The notes below the pieces were generated by a model that saw only the letters and a program-made list of their open reading frames with translations, did not search any database and had not been told where the DNA came from. From Felis catus (taxonomy: Eukaryota), in the NCBI RefSeq assembly GCF_018350175.1, contig NC_058368.1, positions 120,406,001 through 120,470,000 on the forward strand: a stretch of DNA of 64,000 nt. The letters run 5' to 3'. This document shows positions 47,763-61,106 of this stretch, piece after piece. Every line of letters starts with the position of its first letter. The first letter of the stretch is position 1. Both the position numbers and the translations under genes were made by a program.

Positions 47763-50700
47763 TCATGCTCGTAGGGGCTCTCACATGCCTTTGTGTGCAT
47801 TTGGTGAGATTATGAGTACTTCTTATTATCATCCTTTCAATTATACCATTTCCTAATTTTTGACAATGAAAATACTTTTGTATTAGGAAATAAAGCTTGA
47901 TTTTGATTTGAAAAACAAACCTAAGTCAGTAGGGGCTGAGGTCACCAGCAGCTCACAGCCAGGGGATGGTGGGAAGGGAAAGTCTATCACTGCCCACATT
48001 GAACTGGACTGAAATTCTGGGAAATGTGTTAAAGGGGCTCTGAAGATCAGCTCTGCCTCCCTTAGCCTGGTCTCAAGGGAAGACCCAGGATCCCCTAAAC
48101 CTTCAGTTAGAAGCCAGATGACCCAGGAATCTTCCATCATGTTCAAACAGAAGCAATTTGAAATCGGAGTCTTGCCTTAGCCACACTGCTTCTGGTGGGC
48201 TCTGATAACCTAACCATGTGCTTTGAAGGCAGTTCTCCCTTCTGGGATAAATCTTTGGGTACCATCTATTTACACAGTCATCTGCACATCTTTCCATCTC
48301 ACTGGAACCTGACCCCAAATAGTATTCTCCTTCTCTTATACTTACAGTAGACTGCTTACTAAGAAAGGATTGAATCTTTTTTCCTTTAACCTAGACTCAA
48401 CAAGGAACCGTTTGGTGTATGTTGCTCAAGGTACATTAAACAGTGCCAAATATTTGTGGAGATAGACTTGAATTTTCTTTGTTTGAAATATTTTGAAAAT
48501 TTGCATGGCAAGACGAAAAAATGAGATAGTGACAACACTGAAAGAAACAGATTAATTGATAATCATTAAAATATTTCAGGTCAATTCATGTTGACAAATA
48601 TACTATCGAGGGCCTCCTACGTTCAAGCACTATCATATTATATGGAGAACAGTATAACAGTAATGTACTTTTGCCCCCACCCAAATTCCTAACCCAAACC
48701 TCTGGCTACCTTCCATTTCTCTGGAGCTCTATGCTTACAAAGACATCATCTCCAGGTTTCCAGCGGTTACGATCAGCACGCTGCTTGTGGAATGATGAAC
48801 ATGTGCAGTGATCCCACAGGCATGATGTGATATCATCACAACTGATTACTAGCATCTCTCTGTAAAGGGTGGAGGGAGAGAACCAGGAGGATGGCACATA
48901 AACAGAGGTGTGTCTATTACTGAGAAAGGGAAGGAGCCATATAATTATAATTGCTTAGAGAATAAAGTAACCAGGTACATTTCATAGGTGCCTCAGAACC
49001 TCATAGGTGCTCAGCTGGCTTCAACTTCAAGCACTAAACATACACCTCTTAATAATTTATGTCCTAACACTTTTCACCTAAGGAAACTAAAACAAATTTA
49101 AATGTGGATTTACTCAAATATGAAGCCATACACATAAAATTACACCTACACACCATGTTAAAGGAAGACAATACATAGCATGTAGAAATGCAAGGAAGGG
49201 GGAATTTTTACAATAAGTATTTATATGCAAAATAAATAATTTTATTCATAAGTAAAACTTATTAATAAATAAGTTAAATGAGCAAAACAATATCACTGTT
49301 ATGGACAACTGATATGATTTGGGGACTATCCTTCTAGATACCGCTCATATATATTTTTTTTATATTATAGGTTATATATATAAAAGTGTATGCATAATAT
49401 ACAAATATGATATATGAGGGAAAAGATTTTATACAAGTGCATATAAACACATTTTACATCTGTGAGATTTTTGCCCACTTATTTTCTACTGTGGGTGATG
49501 CCATAATCTCTCCTCATTTATGGAATTTCTTTCTTCCACAGTTTGAGAAAAAGTGTGCATGGGCACAATTTGAAATCCCTTAAAGCCTTCTTTAGGAGGA
49601 CAAAATGGTTGGAAATCTTTGAGAAAACACTCCTTCAGAATTGGTGAGTAAAGTCTCTAATAAGGGACAATTAGTGCAAATTTATAGAATTTTTTTTTGA
49701 GTATTTGCAGAAAGGCTGCCCATCTCCAAAGGGAGATGCCCTGTGAGAAAAGAGAGTACAGCTCCAGGCTTCATAGTGCGGTCTGTGCAGAATCCCAGAT
49801 GAGAGATCAACAGTGTCTCTCACACTGTGGGCAGCTATTTTCAGTAACTCTTTTACAAGGCAGTGTACTACCCTGACTTCCCCCGGGGGCGGGTGGAAGC
49901 CAAGCTGACCCATCCCTTCTCCATATACCCCGACATGCTCCCAATTTTCTTGGATTATTTAGAGACATTGAAGGGTCTTTAAAAGGAGACTGTGAATTTT
50001 CTACAGTTAAGATATGTGGGAACTTCAGCAGTGAGTTGGGTAAGATATAAGAGATGGGACCATATTTGTTCCCCAAGTTACTACAGCACTATCTACTGGA
50101 TAGAAACAGGAGATACAGCAGGAACACAGATATTGATTTAGATATTGCCATGGTTGCTGTTTTGTTCAACTCCATCTTATGGCCTTCATCACTGTGTCTG
50201 TGGCCCATGGCGGCCCCAAGGAATGTGTAGGACTTATGGTATCTGTGATTCTGCAACTTGCTATTAGAGAAATGATAGTATATGTGGAAACATTTTATTG
50301 TATTTAAAGGCTACAGAGTACTGTATTGTATAAAATCACTATAATTTACCTAATCAATTCATTATTGATATGTTTCAATCTACTGTTTTCCCATCCAATA
50401 ATGCTATAATAAGTATCCTTTTACATATATCCTTGTGCATTTTCCACTTATTTACTTCAGATAAATACCATTAAAAGGAATTGATGGATAAAAAAGCAAT
50501 TCACATTTACAGTGGATACATATTTCTCCTCCCCTGCTTCAGATGTTCAGTACCTCATGTTCAAATGAAAACGAAGTATTAGGCTGATTTGTTGTTTGTT
50601 TGCTTTGTTAATATTATGGCCAAGTTTCACATGTCCCTTCCTTCAGGCCAGTTCTCTTTGTGTGTCCGTCTGCCTATGAATTGTGATGGGGAGGGAGTTT

Positions 50701-51899
50701 GGTGGCTGTTACAGACACTAGCAAGTGGTTCACCAACACTTGTACCTCCTGGGCACCCATCTAGACACCACATTTCCCATCTTTCCTTGCAGTTAATTTT
50801 GATCATAGAATTGAGTTCTGGACAGCGGAAGTAGAGTCAGTGTGTATCAGCTGGAGGCCTGGCCCATGAAAATCTCCCACAAGAATCACCACTTTGTTTC
50901 TCTCTTCTGGTCTACCTGCTAAGTACAGAGTTACACGACACCCAGAATGATTGCACAGAGTACAGCCTGCTTCCACTGTCAATCCTTTCCATCCCACCCA
51001 CCTGCTTTAGACAATGAAAACCTCATTTTTATTTGTATTAAGCCATTGGTTTGGGAATTGTTTGATTTATTTTGTGTCTGTTTATTTGGGTTTTACAGAA
51101 GTTAGCCTATCATGAGTAATACAGTTGCTGCTTCCCCAGACTATACATTTTGATATCTTCTCAGATGTGACAAGTAGCCACTAGTCTAACTTGCTTTCTT
51201 TTTCACAAGCAATTTGTCATTAGGATGGATCAAAGCACGTGAATTAGCCTTGAATTGTATCTGAAACATGCGACTTATTTCGGTGGGAGGCAAAAGGAAG
51301 CTCAGAACCATACGGAAACACCAACTGAAAATTGGCAAGAGTTGGGGGTTTATCCACAAATACCTAGATAGGGTACTTGCTATTAGTGGCATCTTGCTTG
51401 TGACTTCCACAGGCTGCCCAATCACATGCAAGGTCTCCCTGAAGCACATCTGGTCAGGATGGGCAGTGGGGATTTCAGTAAATAGCACATGCTGGAAGTC
51501 TGGAATCTAGTCCCTATACTGAATTTGCTCTTGTCGTGCTGTGATCTTGAGAAAGTAACTCTCCTCAGTATATGAATGTCTTCCTGTACAAAATGAGCCA
51601 GTTGAAATAGATGTGGGGTTGCTAACAATGTACATCCTGTTTATTAACTCTGCTTGATTACATTTTCATGAATCTCAGTTGAAAAGAATTCTGAGGCTAC
51701 ATCAAGACTCAGTAGGAAAGTGCGATGCTTTGAGTACTGAAGGAGGGGCTTATGGTGGCCTGTGTGTTGTATTTTGTCATCGTATTTAGTGAGTCTAAGG
51801 GTCCTAAAAAGGGCACTCACTGTTGCTTCCCCTGTTTCACTTTTATTTCATTGTTGTCTCTGGTCCAGGGGTAAATAGCAGAAGGCTACAGGTTAATAT

Positions 51900-52130
51900 T
51901 GGGAGTAATGTGCCAAGGCTGAGAGCTTTAATTTTTGACAAACTGAGTTCAAATCCTTGCTCTGCTACTGTTCTTGTTCATGAGATTTGAAGCAAATTAT
52001 TTCCTCTCCCTGTGCCTCACTTACCTCATCTTTAAATGTCAAAAATAATATCTACCTCATAATTTCCTAATGCAATGAAAAGAAATAATGTGTAAGTTCA
52101 GCGAAAACCCTGCCACCTGGTAAACATTTC
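51900..52130 (+). mobile_element. MIR
   Basis: GAGTTCAAATCCTTGCTCTGCTACT..GCAAATTATTTCCTCTCCCTGTGCCTCACTTACCTCATCT. Confidence 0.8.
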
Positions 52131-52608
52131 AGGTGACAGTAATCCCTGTGGTTATCAGTGGGAATGAGAGTGTTAAGTGTGACAGCATGAGGAGATGGGC
52201 GAGTGAGGTCTTGAGATCATTCTCCTTAAGTATGGTTTGTGGATGGAGAAATGAGAAACTTGTGTTCTTGCCTTAATGGTGGGACCTCAGGTCTCAGACC
52301 CTGATGCTTCATTACACAGTTACATATTGAATTTATGTATTTAGATCCAACTGAATGATGAATATTTATAAAACATTCTAGTCATTTTTTGCCCTGTGCT
52401 GTTTCAAAGTTGCATAGGCTTCCAGTGACTACCCTAACACATGCTTCTATTCATTTAGCTGCCTCTGAAGGAGATAAAGAGGTCTCTTGATGAAAGACCA
52501 TACCCCAAAGGTACATAACGGAGGTCTGTACAACCTCAGTTTCTGTTTCTTCCCCAAATAAAATGGGACAAAAGAAGATCTGCTATCACTTTGGTACATA
52601 TAGGGAAA

Positions 52609-52636
52609 ACACACACACATATACATACATACACAT

Positions 52637-52668
<32 letters not shown>
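52609..52668 (+). repeat. Interrupted (CA)n microsatellite
   Basis: CA/TA/CATA compound repeat. Confidence 0.93.
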
Positions 52669-52669
<1 letters not shown>

Positions 52670-52929
52670 AGGAACAAGCCTTACCCTACAATTAAAAATG
52701 CAATATCTTCTTTCATCTTTCAGCATGTTTTTTTTTTCTTGGTTGGTTGGTTGGTTGGTTGATTTGTTTTCTCTTTAGAGGGAAGAATTAGATTAGCTTT
52801 TAGTGGCCCATGAAAGGAAAAACTTTACTGCTTTGCATGTTATATTTTGCTGAAGCAATCAGTTCTCCCACCCAGGACATAAGAATTCCAAGTCTGTAAT
52901 TGAAACAGCTGCCACTTGTCAACCTTGTA

Positions 52930-53410
52930 CCATGTGCTGGATAATCAAGAAGATGATATGACACAACAACCTATGAGAAAGGTATTGTTATCATCATATC
53001 AAAGAAGAAAATGAGGCTTAGAGAAATTAAATTACTCCTTAACAGCACACAGGCAACAAGGGGCGAGGCCTGTCTGTCCCTACAGTCTGAGCATTTGACT
53101 ATCGTGTATATTTCCCTTCCACCTTTCTATTTTTATTGCTGAATCCACAGAACACAGACATCAAAAATGAGGCCTTATATTTATTGAGTATTTATTGTGT
53201 GTTGTGCAATATTCTATATTATTTACATCGTAATTCCTTTCATTCCTACCACAGCTCTATGAATTATGTTTATCATTTGTCCCATTTTACAGACACGGAG
53301 AAATAAAATAAGTTGTCCAAGGTGATATAGATGAGTTAGTAATATGCCCAAGACCTGTACCAAATCAGTGGAACCACAAACCATTCGCATTTAACCACAC
53401 AGTATACCAC
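52930..53410 (-). mobile_element. Two tandem MIR fragments
   Basis: ACAACAACCTATGAG..AAAATGAGGCTTAGAGA and CCCATTTTACAGACACGGAGA..GTTGTCCAAGGT. Confidence 0.72.
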
Positions 53411-54829
53411 CTGGATCTGAAATGCACGGAGATTCCTTTGCTCTTCCTGTTTGAACCTTCTTGACATACACACTGTCTTGTATTTTTCCATTCCCAGAGA
53501 GTATATAGTATTTCACACATTCTGTGTTTCATTCCTATTAGTAAAAAAGGAGTTTTTTCTTCTCTCAGCAGATACTCTATGGAGATACATATATTTCTGT
53601 GAGTTTATTCCAAAGACATAGACAGCAAACATGATTTATTTATCTCTGGAGAAATCTGGAACTCCCAGGCCTGACTACCTTCCAAATATCCCTCAAGTGC
53701 AGACTTTGAAAGAAAAAACATTTTGCTATTTTTGACTGGCTCTCCATTCCCAGGGTTCTTGCTTTTCACTGTCAATTGCCCTTGCTTTTAGCATAGGCCA
53801 GCTCCATGGCTTTGGTGACTACTGATCCGTTGTAATATGCAATCGCATTTCCTCTTTTACTCAGAGCAAAGTAAGCACTCTCTGGTCTTTCTTCCATCTC
53901 TGTTTCCATTTGGTTTTCATGTCATCTGCTAATTTGGATTTCTGTTTCTAATAAGGTAGGACACATTGGAAATGACCAAAAAGACTAATGGCTATCTTCC
54001 ACTGTCACTTGAGACTTTTCTGGAATTTATGTGCTTAGAATCCCATTGCCACATACTGCCTGTCATCTTGCTTAAGTTCCCTCAACAGCTTTCTCTTTAC
54101 CTATCACAGAAATGATTAAAAGCATTTTGTTTAAATGGAGGGATAACTGAAGAATCAGGATGTTTTTGTCCCAATTTTAATAGAATCTCAGGATTCAATG
54201 GCAGGAATGATGAATATGGAATCAGAGCTACTCAGTTCTATTGTGACTCTCTAGTCATAAGATTTGGCTTTTTTCCCCCTCAAATTGGAGATAAGAACAC
54301 CTGTTAAACACGCTTCATGGGGTCTTTGGACAATTACCTTCAGTTATGCATGAAAAAGGATTGTGGAGTTATAAAGGGCTCTACAAATGGAACCCCCTCT
54401 GGGCAAGCCCTACACTCTTTACTGGGGACAAGGATCAGTGAGCACCATGGTCACCTGGCTGTACCACTGCTAACAATATAATCCTGCTGACAAATGTCAT
54501 CACTGGGTAAACAACATTTATGGAGTACTTGTTATATAGCAACTCCTTCACTGGGTGCTAACAGGACAGAAGGGAATAAGATACAGTAAATCAATCAAAG
54601 CATGCTTGTTGAAACCTGTTACCTGCTGGCCATGGTAATAGGTCCTGGGAACACAACTGTGAAAGGCAATGTGGTATAGACCAGTGGAAGAGAAGCAAAT
54701 AGGAAATTTAAACATAACGAAGTGGGAATATTCTAGGACAACACATCAAAGAGATATTTGATTCAGACGAGCAATATAGGAGAGGGCTTCACAAGGAAGA
54801 TATGTGTACAGTGATGCCCAGGGAAAGTT

Positions 54830-55265
54830 ATATTCATCTCCTAGAGTCCCACAAACTGGGTAATGTAAAACAACAGAAATAGATTCTAATAGTTCAGGAG
54901 GCTGGAAACCAAAATTAAAGTGTCTGCAGTATAGGTTTCTTCTGGAGCCTCTGAGAGAGAGACTGCCCCATGCCTCTCTCTTAGCTTCCAGTGGCTGCAA
55001 GCAATCCTTACTGTTCGTTGGCTTAAAAATGCATCATTTCAGTCTCTGCCACCTTCTTCACATTGCCTTCTCTGTGTCTCTGTGTCCTTTTCTGTCCCTT
55101 ACACGAGAACATTCTCATTGGATTTAGTGCCCATCCTAATCCAATATAATGCCATCTCAATATTTATCTGGATTACCTCTGTGAAGACTTTATTTACAAA
55201 TTAGGTTTTACTCCGACCTTCCAGGTGGACATGAATTTTGGAAAGACATTAATCAACCCTCTACA
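54830..55265 (-). mobile_element. MaLR solo LTR (MLT1-type) within L2
   Basis: CCACAAACTGGGTAATGTAAAACAACAGAAAT..GGAGGCTGGAA, CTCTCTCTTAGCTTCCAGTGGCTGC, ends AATCAACCCTCTACA. Confidence 0.85.
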
Positions 55266-55397
55266 AAGAATCAGGAACTAATTTAGAGAACGAGTAACAG
55301 GAGGGCATTCTAGGCAAAGGGAACAGAATATGCAAAGTGCTAAAATGAAGAAAGAGTATGGCACACTGAAAGAATTTTGTTTTTAATGTTGTGACTA

Positions 55398-55607
55398 TGT
55401 GGCACCTGGGTGTCTCATTTGGTTAAGCATTCGACTTCCGCTTAGGTCACGATCTCATGGTTTGTGAGTTTGAGCCCCATGTCAGGCTCTGTGCTGAAAG
55501 CTCAGAGCCTGGATCCTGCTTCTGATTCAGTGTGTGTGTATCTCTCTGCCCCTCCCTGCTCACACTCTGTTTCTCAAAAATAAATAAACATTAAAAAATT
55601 TTTTTTT
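55398..55607 (+). mobile_element. CanSINE
   Basis: GGCACCTGGGTGTCTCATTTGGTTAAGC head and AAAAATAAATAAACATT tail. Confidence 0.92.
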
Positions 55608-55974
55608 AATGTCAATGTGTCTAAAGGAAGGAGGGCTAAGGGTCAGTTAAAAGAGATAAAGAAGGACAGAAAAGTAGGGTCTGTAAATTAAGCAGAAGAA
55701 TAAGAATGTTTTTTTCTGAGGGTAATGAGAGATGAGGTATGTTTCAAGACCACGATTGACATGATATACATGGTGTCTCAAGGAAATCATCATGACTGAC
55801 AATCAAGTGAAGATATAAGAGGACGAGGATCTAGCTGGGAGACTGCTGTCGGGGTGGAGGTGAGGGAGGATGGTGGCTTGAGTCATAGGAGTGGCCATGG
55901 AGAGGGAAATAAGGGATGTGTTTTGGAAATAAATAAGAAATTTTGTTAAATAGGATTTGCAGGACTTTTCAGTT

Positions 55975-56405
55975 AAACAAAATGTATAACTATGTGAGGT
56001 AACAGATGTTAACTACACTTATTGTGGTAATAATTCTGGAATTATGCATATATCAAATCATTATCCTGTATACTTTAATGCAATTTTGGATTTTTTGTTT
56101 ATTTATTGTAAATTTATTTTTGTTTATTGTAAATTTATTTTTGAGAGAGAGAGAGCAGGAGAAGGACAGAGAGGGAGAGGGAGACACAGAATCCAAAGTC
56201 AGGCTCCAGGCTCTGAGCTAGCTGTCAGCACAGAGCCCAGTGCAGGGCTTGGACTCACGAACCATGAGATCATGACCTGAACCAAAGTCGGACACTTGAC
56301 CAACTGAGCCACCCAGGCGCCCCAAATTAATACAGTTTTGTTTGTCAATTATACCTCAGTTAAACTAGGGGAGAAATGCAAGAAAAAGAAAAAGAAAAAA
56401 AAAAG
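55975..56405 (+). mobile_element. Old L1 extreme 3' end with A-tail, split by a SINE
   Basis: TAACTATGTGAGGTAACAGATGTTAACTA..TATCAAATCATT, then TGTCAATTATACCTCAGTTAAACT and an A-rich tail. Confidence 0.75.
56090..56323 (-). mobile_element. CanSINE
   Basis: Ends CAACTGAGCCACCCAGGCGCCC. The tail contains a short tandem duplication of TTTATTGTAAATTTATTTT. Confidence 0.93.
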
Positions 56406-56786
56406 ATTTACAGGGTGAAGGAGAAGGCATGGAACATAGATTTTTAAGTGCCTTAATATTTTAGGAATTTTTTTCCTTCATATCCTAGTAGCTAGCTAAA
56501 TTTCTATTCAATTATGGTGATTGTCCTAAGAGATACAAGTGTTTATTTTTAAAAGTGAGAATATTGGGATATTTTCTTTAGATTTTCCTGTTAATTAAAA
56601 TTCATTTGCTTCTAAGCAACAGTAATTGAATATTAACTAATGTAAAAAACACATACGAGAATTTATTTATCCACATCTTGAGAAGTGGGCTACAGGCTTG
56701 GCTAGATCTCATGATTCAAACACAATATTTGCAATTTTTTTCTCTCTGTCCTTCAATTCTACTTTTTTCAGCCTGGCTGTATTCTT

Positions 56787-56831
56787 TTTTTAATGTTTGT
56801 TTATTTTTGAGAAAGAGAGGGGGTAAAGGGA

Positions 56832-56875
<44 letters not shown>

Positions 56876-57007
56876 CAGAATCCAAAATAGACTCTAGGCT
56901 CTGAGCTGTCAGCACAGAACCTGACATGGGGCTCAAACTCACAGAGTGTGAGATCATGACTTGAGCCCAAGTCAGATGCTTAACCAACTGAGCCACCCAG
57001 GTGCCCC
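56787..57007 (-). mobile_element. CanSINE with expanded (GA)n microsatellite (56834-56870)
   Basis: TSD AGCCTGGCT(G/T)TATTCTT at 56770-56786 and 57008-57024. Confidence 0.94.
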
Positions 57008-57452
57008 AGCCTGGCTTTATTCTTATATAAGCTGTTCCTCTGATGGTGGAACAAAGGCTGTTGTAGCTCTAGTTCACATTAACTTTATACTTATAATCTC
57101 CCAGAAGAGAGAGTCTCTCTCACTAACCTTGCCCAGTGCCTTGGAAAAAGTCTAATTGTTCTTGTTTCTATTGCTGAATCAATATCTGCACTTGAATACA
57201 TGGAATATTGTGTAGGCCTAGATAATGTGCCAACATTTGGGAATGAATAAGCCCATCTGAGCCTCATGGACCAAACAGGTTACTATGGAATGAGTTAAAA
57301 GTTCCCCAAATAAAAGGCTATGAAACACACAAAAAGGACAAAAGTAACACGTATTCAGTACACATACTGCAATGATTCCAAGCAAAAGTAATTGTCTTAA
57401 GCCAAGGAAAAGATAATATTCTGAATTCATAATTCTAATTCACATTCTAATT

Positions 57453-57503
57453 CATCTATCCATCCATCTGTCCATCCATCCATCCATCCAGCCAGCCATC
57501 CAT
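57453..57503 (+). repeat. Degenerate (CCAT)n
   Basis: CATC/CAGC repeats. Confidence 0.85.
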
Positions 57504-59249
57504 ACCATGTTTATAAAGTACCCACCAGTTAAAATAAACTAAGGAATTGAAAGCTGAATAACATGTGCTTTTGGTCCTCACATAGCTGATGATCAAAAAG
57601 GGAAAGCAGATACTGTAATACATGTTTGAGTAGGAATTAATCAAGACACAGAGACACTTGTTTATTAATATGAATCAATTCATTTTTTGTTCAGTGGATG
57701 AATGACTCAACAAATGAGTTCAGCCCACTTGATTAAAATATTTGTTTTCAAAAAAGGGACTGGAGATAGGGCCTTCATAATGTCTAAGCAAGTCAGAATG
57801 AAATAATAATGGTAGTAAAATGAACTGCTAAATATTAAATATGGGAAGAATATTCCATTTGGGAACTCAGGAAAAACACTGTGGGAAAAGTGGCACTGGG
57901 AACTAAAGAATGAAAAAGGTTTCAATACCTAGAAAACTGTTCCAAGCTGGGGGGACACTAGGGATAAAAGGCAAGGAGGTGTGAAATTGCTTGAATAGTT
58001 GAAGAAAATGATGGGTGACTTTTATTAGCGAAAATATAGGATACTTAGAAGACTAGAGAAAAGGATATAACCAGAGAGATGGTTTGGTGACAAACTGTGG
58101 AGGATCTTGGAATCCAGACAAAATACTGTGGGCTATTTTTCACAGATATGTTGGAGCCTCTGCAGTTTAATGGGCAAGAAATTGAATAGTCTGTGAAATA
58201 ATCTGTGTTTGAAAGTTAATTCAAGGAAGAATAACCAGTACTCATGAGTGCTGTGGTCCCCAAAGTCCTCCCAACTCTTGTGACCTTTCCAGTTCTTGAC
58301 ATCTGGGGAGAAATTTGCCATTTTTAAATATTTAAGAACTATTTTCTCTGTAGAAAAGACACTTTTACTTTCTGAGCCCTTTAGCAGTAAAAGTTATTTC
58401 TTTAAAACTGTCACCAAGAAGCCAAGCCCCTGTGATCGCGTGGCCTACTTTGCTTCAATTTATTCAAGACTTTAAGCTGCAACAAGGTCAAGGAACACAG
58501 AATCATAAACACCTTCATGTTTATACCAATGCCATTGGGGGAAATATCTAGACCCTTTTAACACTCTCGGAACTTCTGTTAGGTGTTAAATAAAACTGCA
58601 TAGTAACAGTGAGTTTGGGAATATGTTTATTCCATTTCCACCTCCGTTAAACATGCCCTTATTCCTACTTTCTTTGTCAAAAGGGAGAAATACCAAGGAA
58701 GTTGTGTTTTAAGGCATAGTGAAGGTATCTTGAAAAAAAATATACTTTGGAAGAAAGATAAGTGAGAAAATACTTATCTTCAGATTTTATTTTTTCCTGG
58801 TTGAGATAAGTGTTCAAATGCATCAGCATACAGTTGTGAACTGACATAGACATATGAGGTGCAGGACAGAGTCATTAGAATCGTAAACTCTTGGAGAGTG
58901 GCATTTCTCCATCTGCAGTGGTGACAACGTGAGTCATATAACCACCCCACCTCTTCTCTGAAGACACAGACAGCCCCCACGTGAGATGTGATCCTGTTGC
59001 TGGCAAGTGGGATGTGAGTGATAAGCCCTTTGAAAGTAAGGCATCATTTCTCACTTTGGAAGGTCTTGCCCACACAGCCCTCACCCCCTTCCCAGCCAAT
59101 CCCACACATTCTCACCATCACCATAAAGAGGAATTGACAGAGTGTTAAAACAAGAGAGAACTTTGTAGACCACCACATTTTTATGGAGAAAGTAAGATTA
59201 CTGAGAGATGTCTTTCATTGCTGGTCAATACTGATAATAAAGCTACCAG

Positions 59250-60080
59250 TGCTGAAGAATATAATCTCTTGCATGTGAAGAGCACTCTACAATTTATTAA
59301 CATTTTCAGACCTAGTCTTACCTCCAATTCTCACAGCAGGCTAGTGGAGTGGTATTTACCACCTTCGTTTTATAGATAAGGAATCTAAGGCTCAGAGAAG
59401 GTAAAGTTTTTCATTTAGGGCCAATAACTACCAAGAGCTCAGAGTTAAGACCGGAATTGTGATAATTTGAGAATTGGGCCACAATTCTTACCTCTGTATT
59501 TTATTGCCCCTGAAGTGATTTCTACCAAATGACCCCTTTGGGTGTTTATTACTGTGAAAGATTCCAAGGGAGAATCTTTGGATTCCGAGCACCTAGGAAA
59601 TCAGAAACATTAAGTTTCCACAAAGGTGAGACTCCGTAAAGAAAAGTGAACATGATATATAGCTGTAAGTACTGTTTCTGTCACAGAAGAGCTGTAACAT
59701 AACTGGCGGCACCAGACAGGCATGAATTAAGTAAACAGAGAGCAGCTCAAAGTGAACCACAATTAAGTGCTGAGTGGGTCTAGAAGTATTTAGCACGGGA
59801 GTTTAGAGAAGTGTGGGATGAGTGAAGGTTGAAGAAATCTAGAAAGGCCACAGTTAAGCCTTATAAGAAGATCAAAAGCTGGGACTTCATGGCACACGGT
59901 ACATGAACCCAGCACTACCTTTTACTACCTACTATGACTTTGGGTAAGCCACAGAAATCTTCCAAGCATCTACTTCCTCATCTGTAAAATACGGCTCCTA
60001 CATCTTAAGATTGTGACGAGAACCAAACGGGATAAAATATCTCAGGTTCTTAGCATACGGCTTGGCACAAAAATAGTTCT
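59250..60080. mobile_element. MIR fragments (~59250-59500 on -, ~59890-60080 on +)
   Basis: TTTTATAGATAAGGAATCTAAGGCTCAGAGAAGGTAAAG and TGACTTTGGGTAAG..CTTCCTCATCTGTAAAAT. Confidence 0.72.
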
Positions 60081-60742
60081 GTACGTTTTTGATAAAGATG
60101 TGGAATTTAGACTGGCCCCGTTGGATGGCTCAGGTGTGAGGGGCTGCTCCTCTTGCTGTATGGCCGGTTAGGTGGAGAAGGCAGCCACACATCCCTGTGC
60201 ATTGCTCAGGCAGCCTGAGTGGCCACAAGTTTGCTTGGGCTGACTTTGGCAGTGTTGGAGGACACTGACAGTGAGGTGTGAAAAGCTCTGGGCTGATCGT
60301 CACACGCAGAACATCAATATTTGTAAATGGGTGCTTTTAGAGCTTAAGAAGAGCATTAACTCAAGTCTGGGTTTGTAAAGAAAATCAGTGGAGTACTCTG
60401 AGGCCACGCATCAACACTTCTAAGGCAGTGATGGCTAAAAACACGAGGTAATCTGGCTGCTCCTAGAGTGCCAAAAACTTTCTGGGAGATGGGAATAAGT
60501 CGCTAGGGCAGAATCTTCCTTTTCCTGCAAGGGATCACTTAGAGAGTCCTCTCGGTCATATTACTTGCCATTCACATATCTGTTTGATATTAGTCAGTTT
60601 GGTCATGAATAGAGATAATGTAATACGGGCCCTTCAGACTGTGGTGACAAGTGTTTGGTTTAATGACCACATGAATGTCTTACTGAGGGACAGTACAACC
60701 CTGAAAGCCATTGGCAGAAGTATGGGAAGGAGACTGGACGGT

Positions 60743-61106
60743 TGTATATATTTGCGAGGGCTACTATAACAAGCACCACAGATTGGGGGGCTTAAAAACA
60801 CAAAGTTATTTTCTCACTTGCTGGAGGCTAACAGCCCAAGATCTAAGCATCTGCAGGGTTGGTTCCTTCGGAGACCTCTGCCCTTGGCTTGGATGTGACA
60901 CTCTTCCTATTTATGTGGCGTTCTCCCTCTGTGTGTGTTCCATCTTCTTATAAGGACACGTCTCCTGTTGGGTTATGGCCCACCCTAATGGCCTCATTTA
61001 ACTTAACTGCCTCTGGCCATATATCCAAATTCAGTCACATTCTGAGGTCCTGGGTATTAGGACTTCAGGACATGAATTTTGAGAGCGCGTAATTCATCCA
61101 GTAACA
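60743..61106 (-). mobile_element. MaLR solo LTR (MLT1A/MST-like)
   Basis: TGTATATATTTGCGAGGGCTACTATAACAAGCACCACAGA, CTTCTTATAAGGACAC, GTCACATTCTGAGGT, ends AATTCATCCAGTAACA. Confidence 0.87.
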
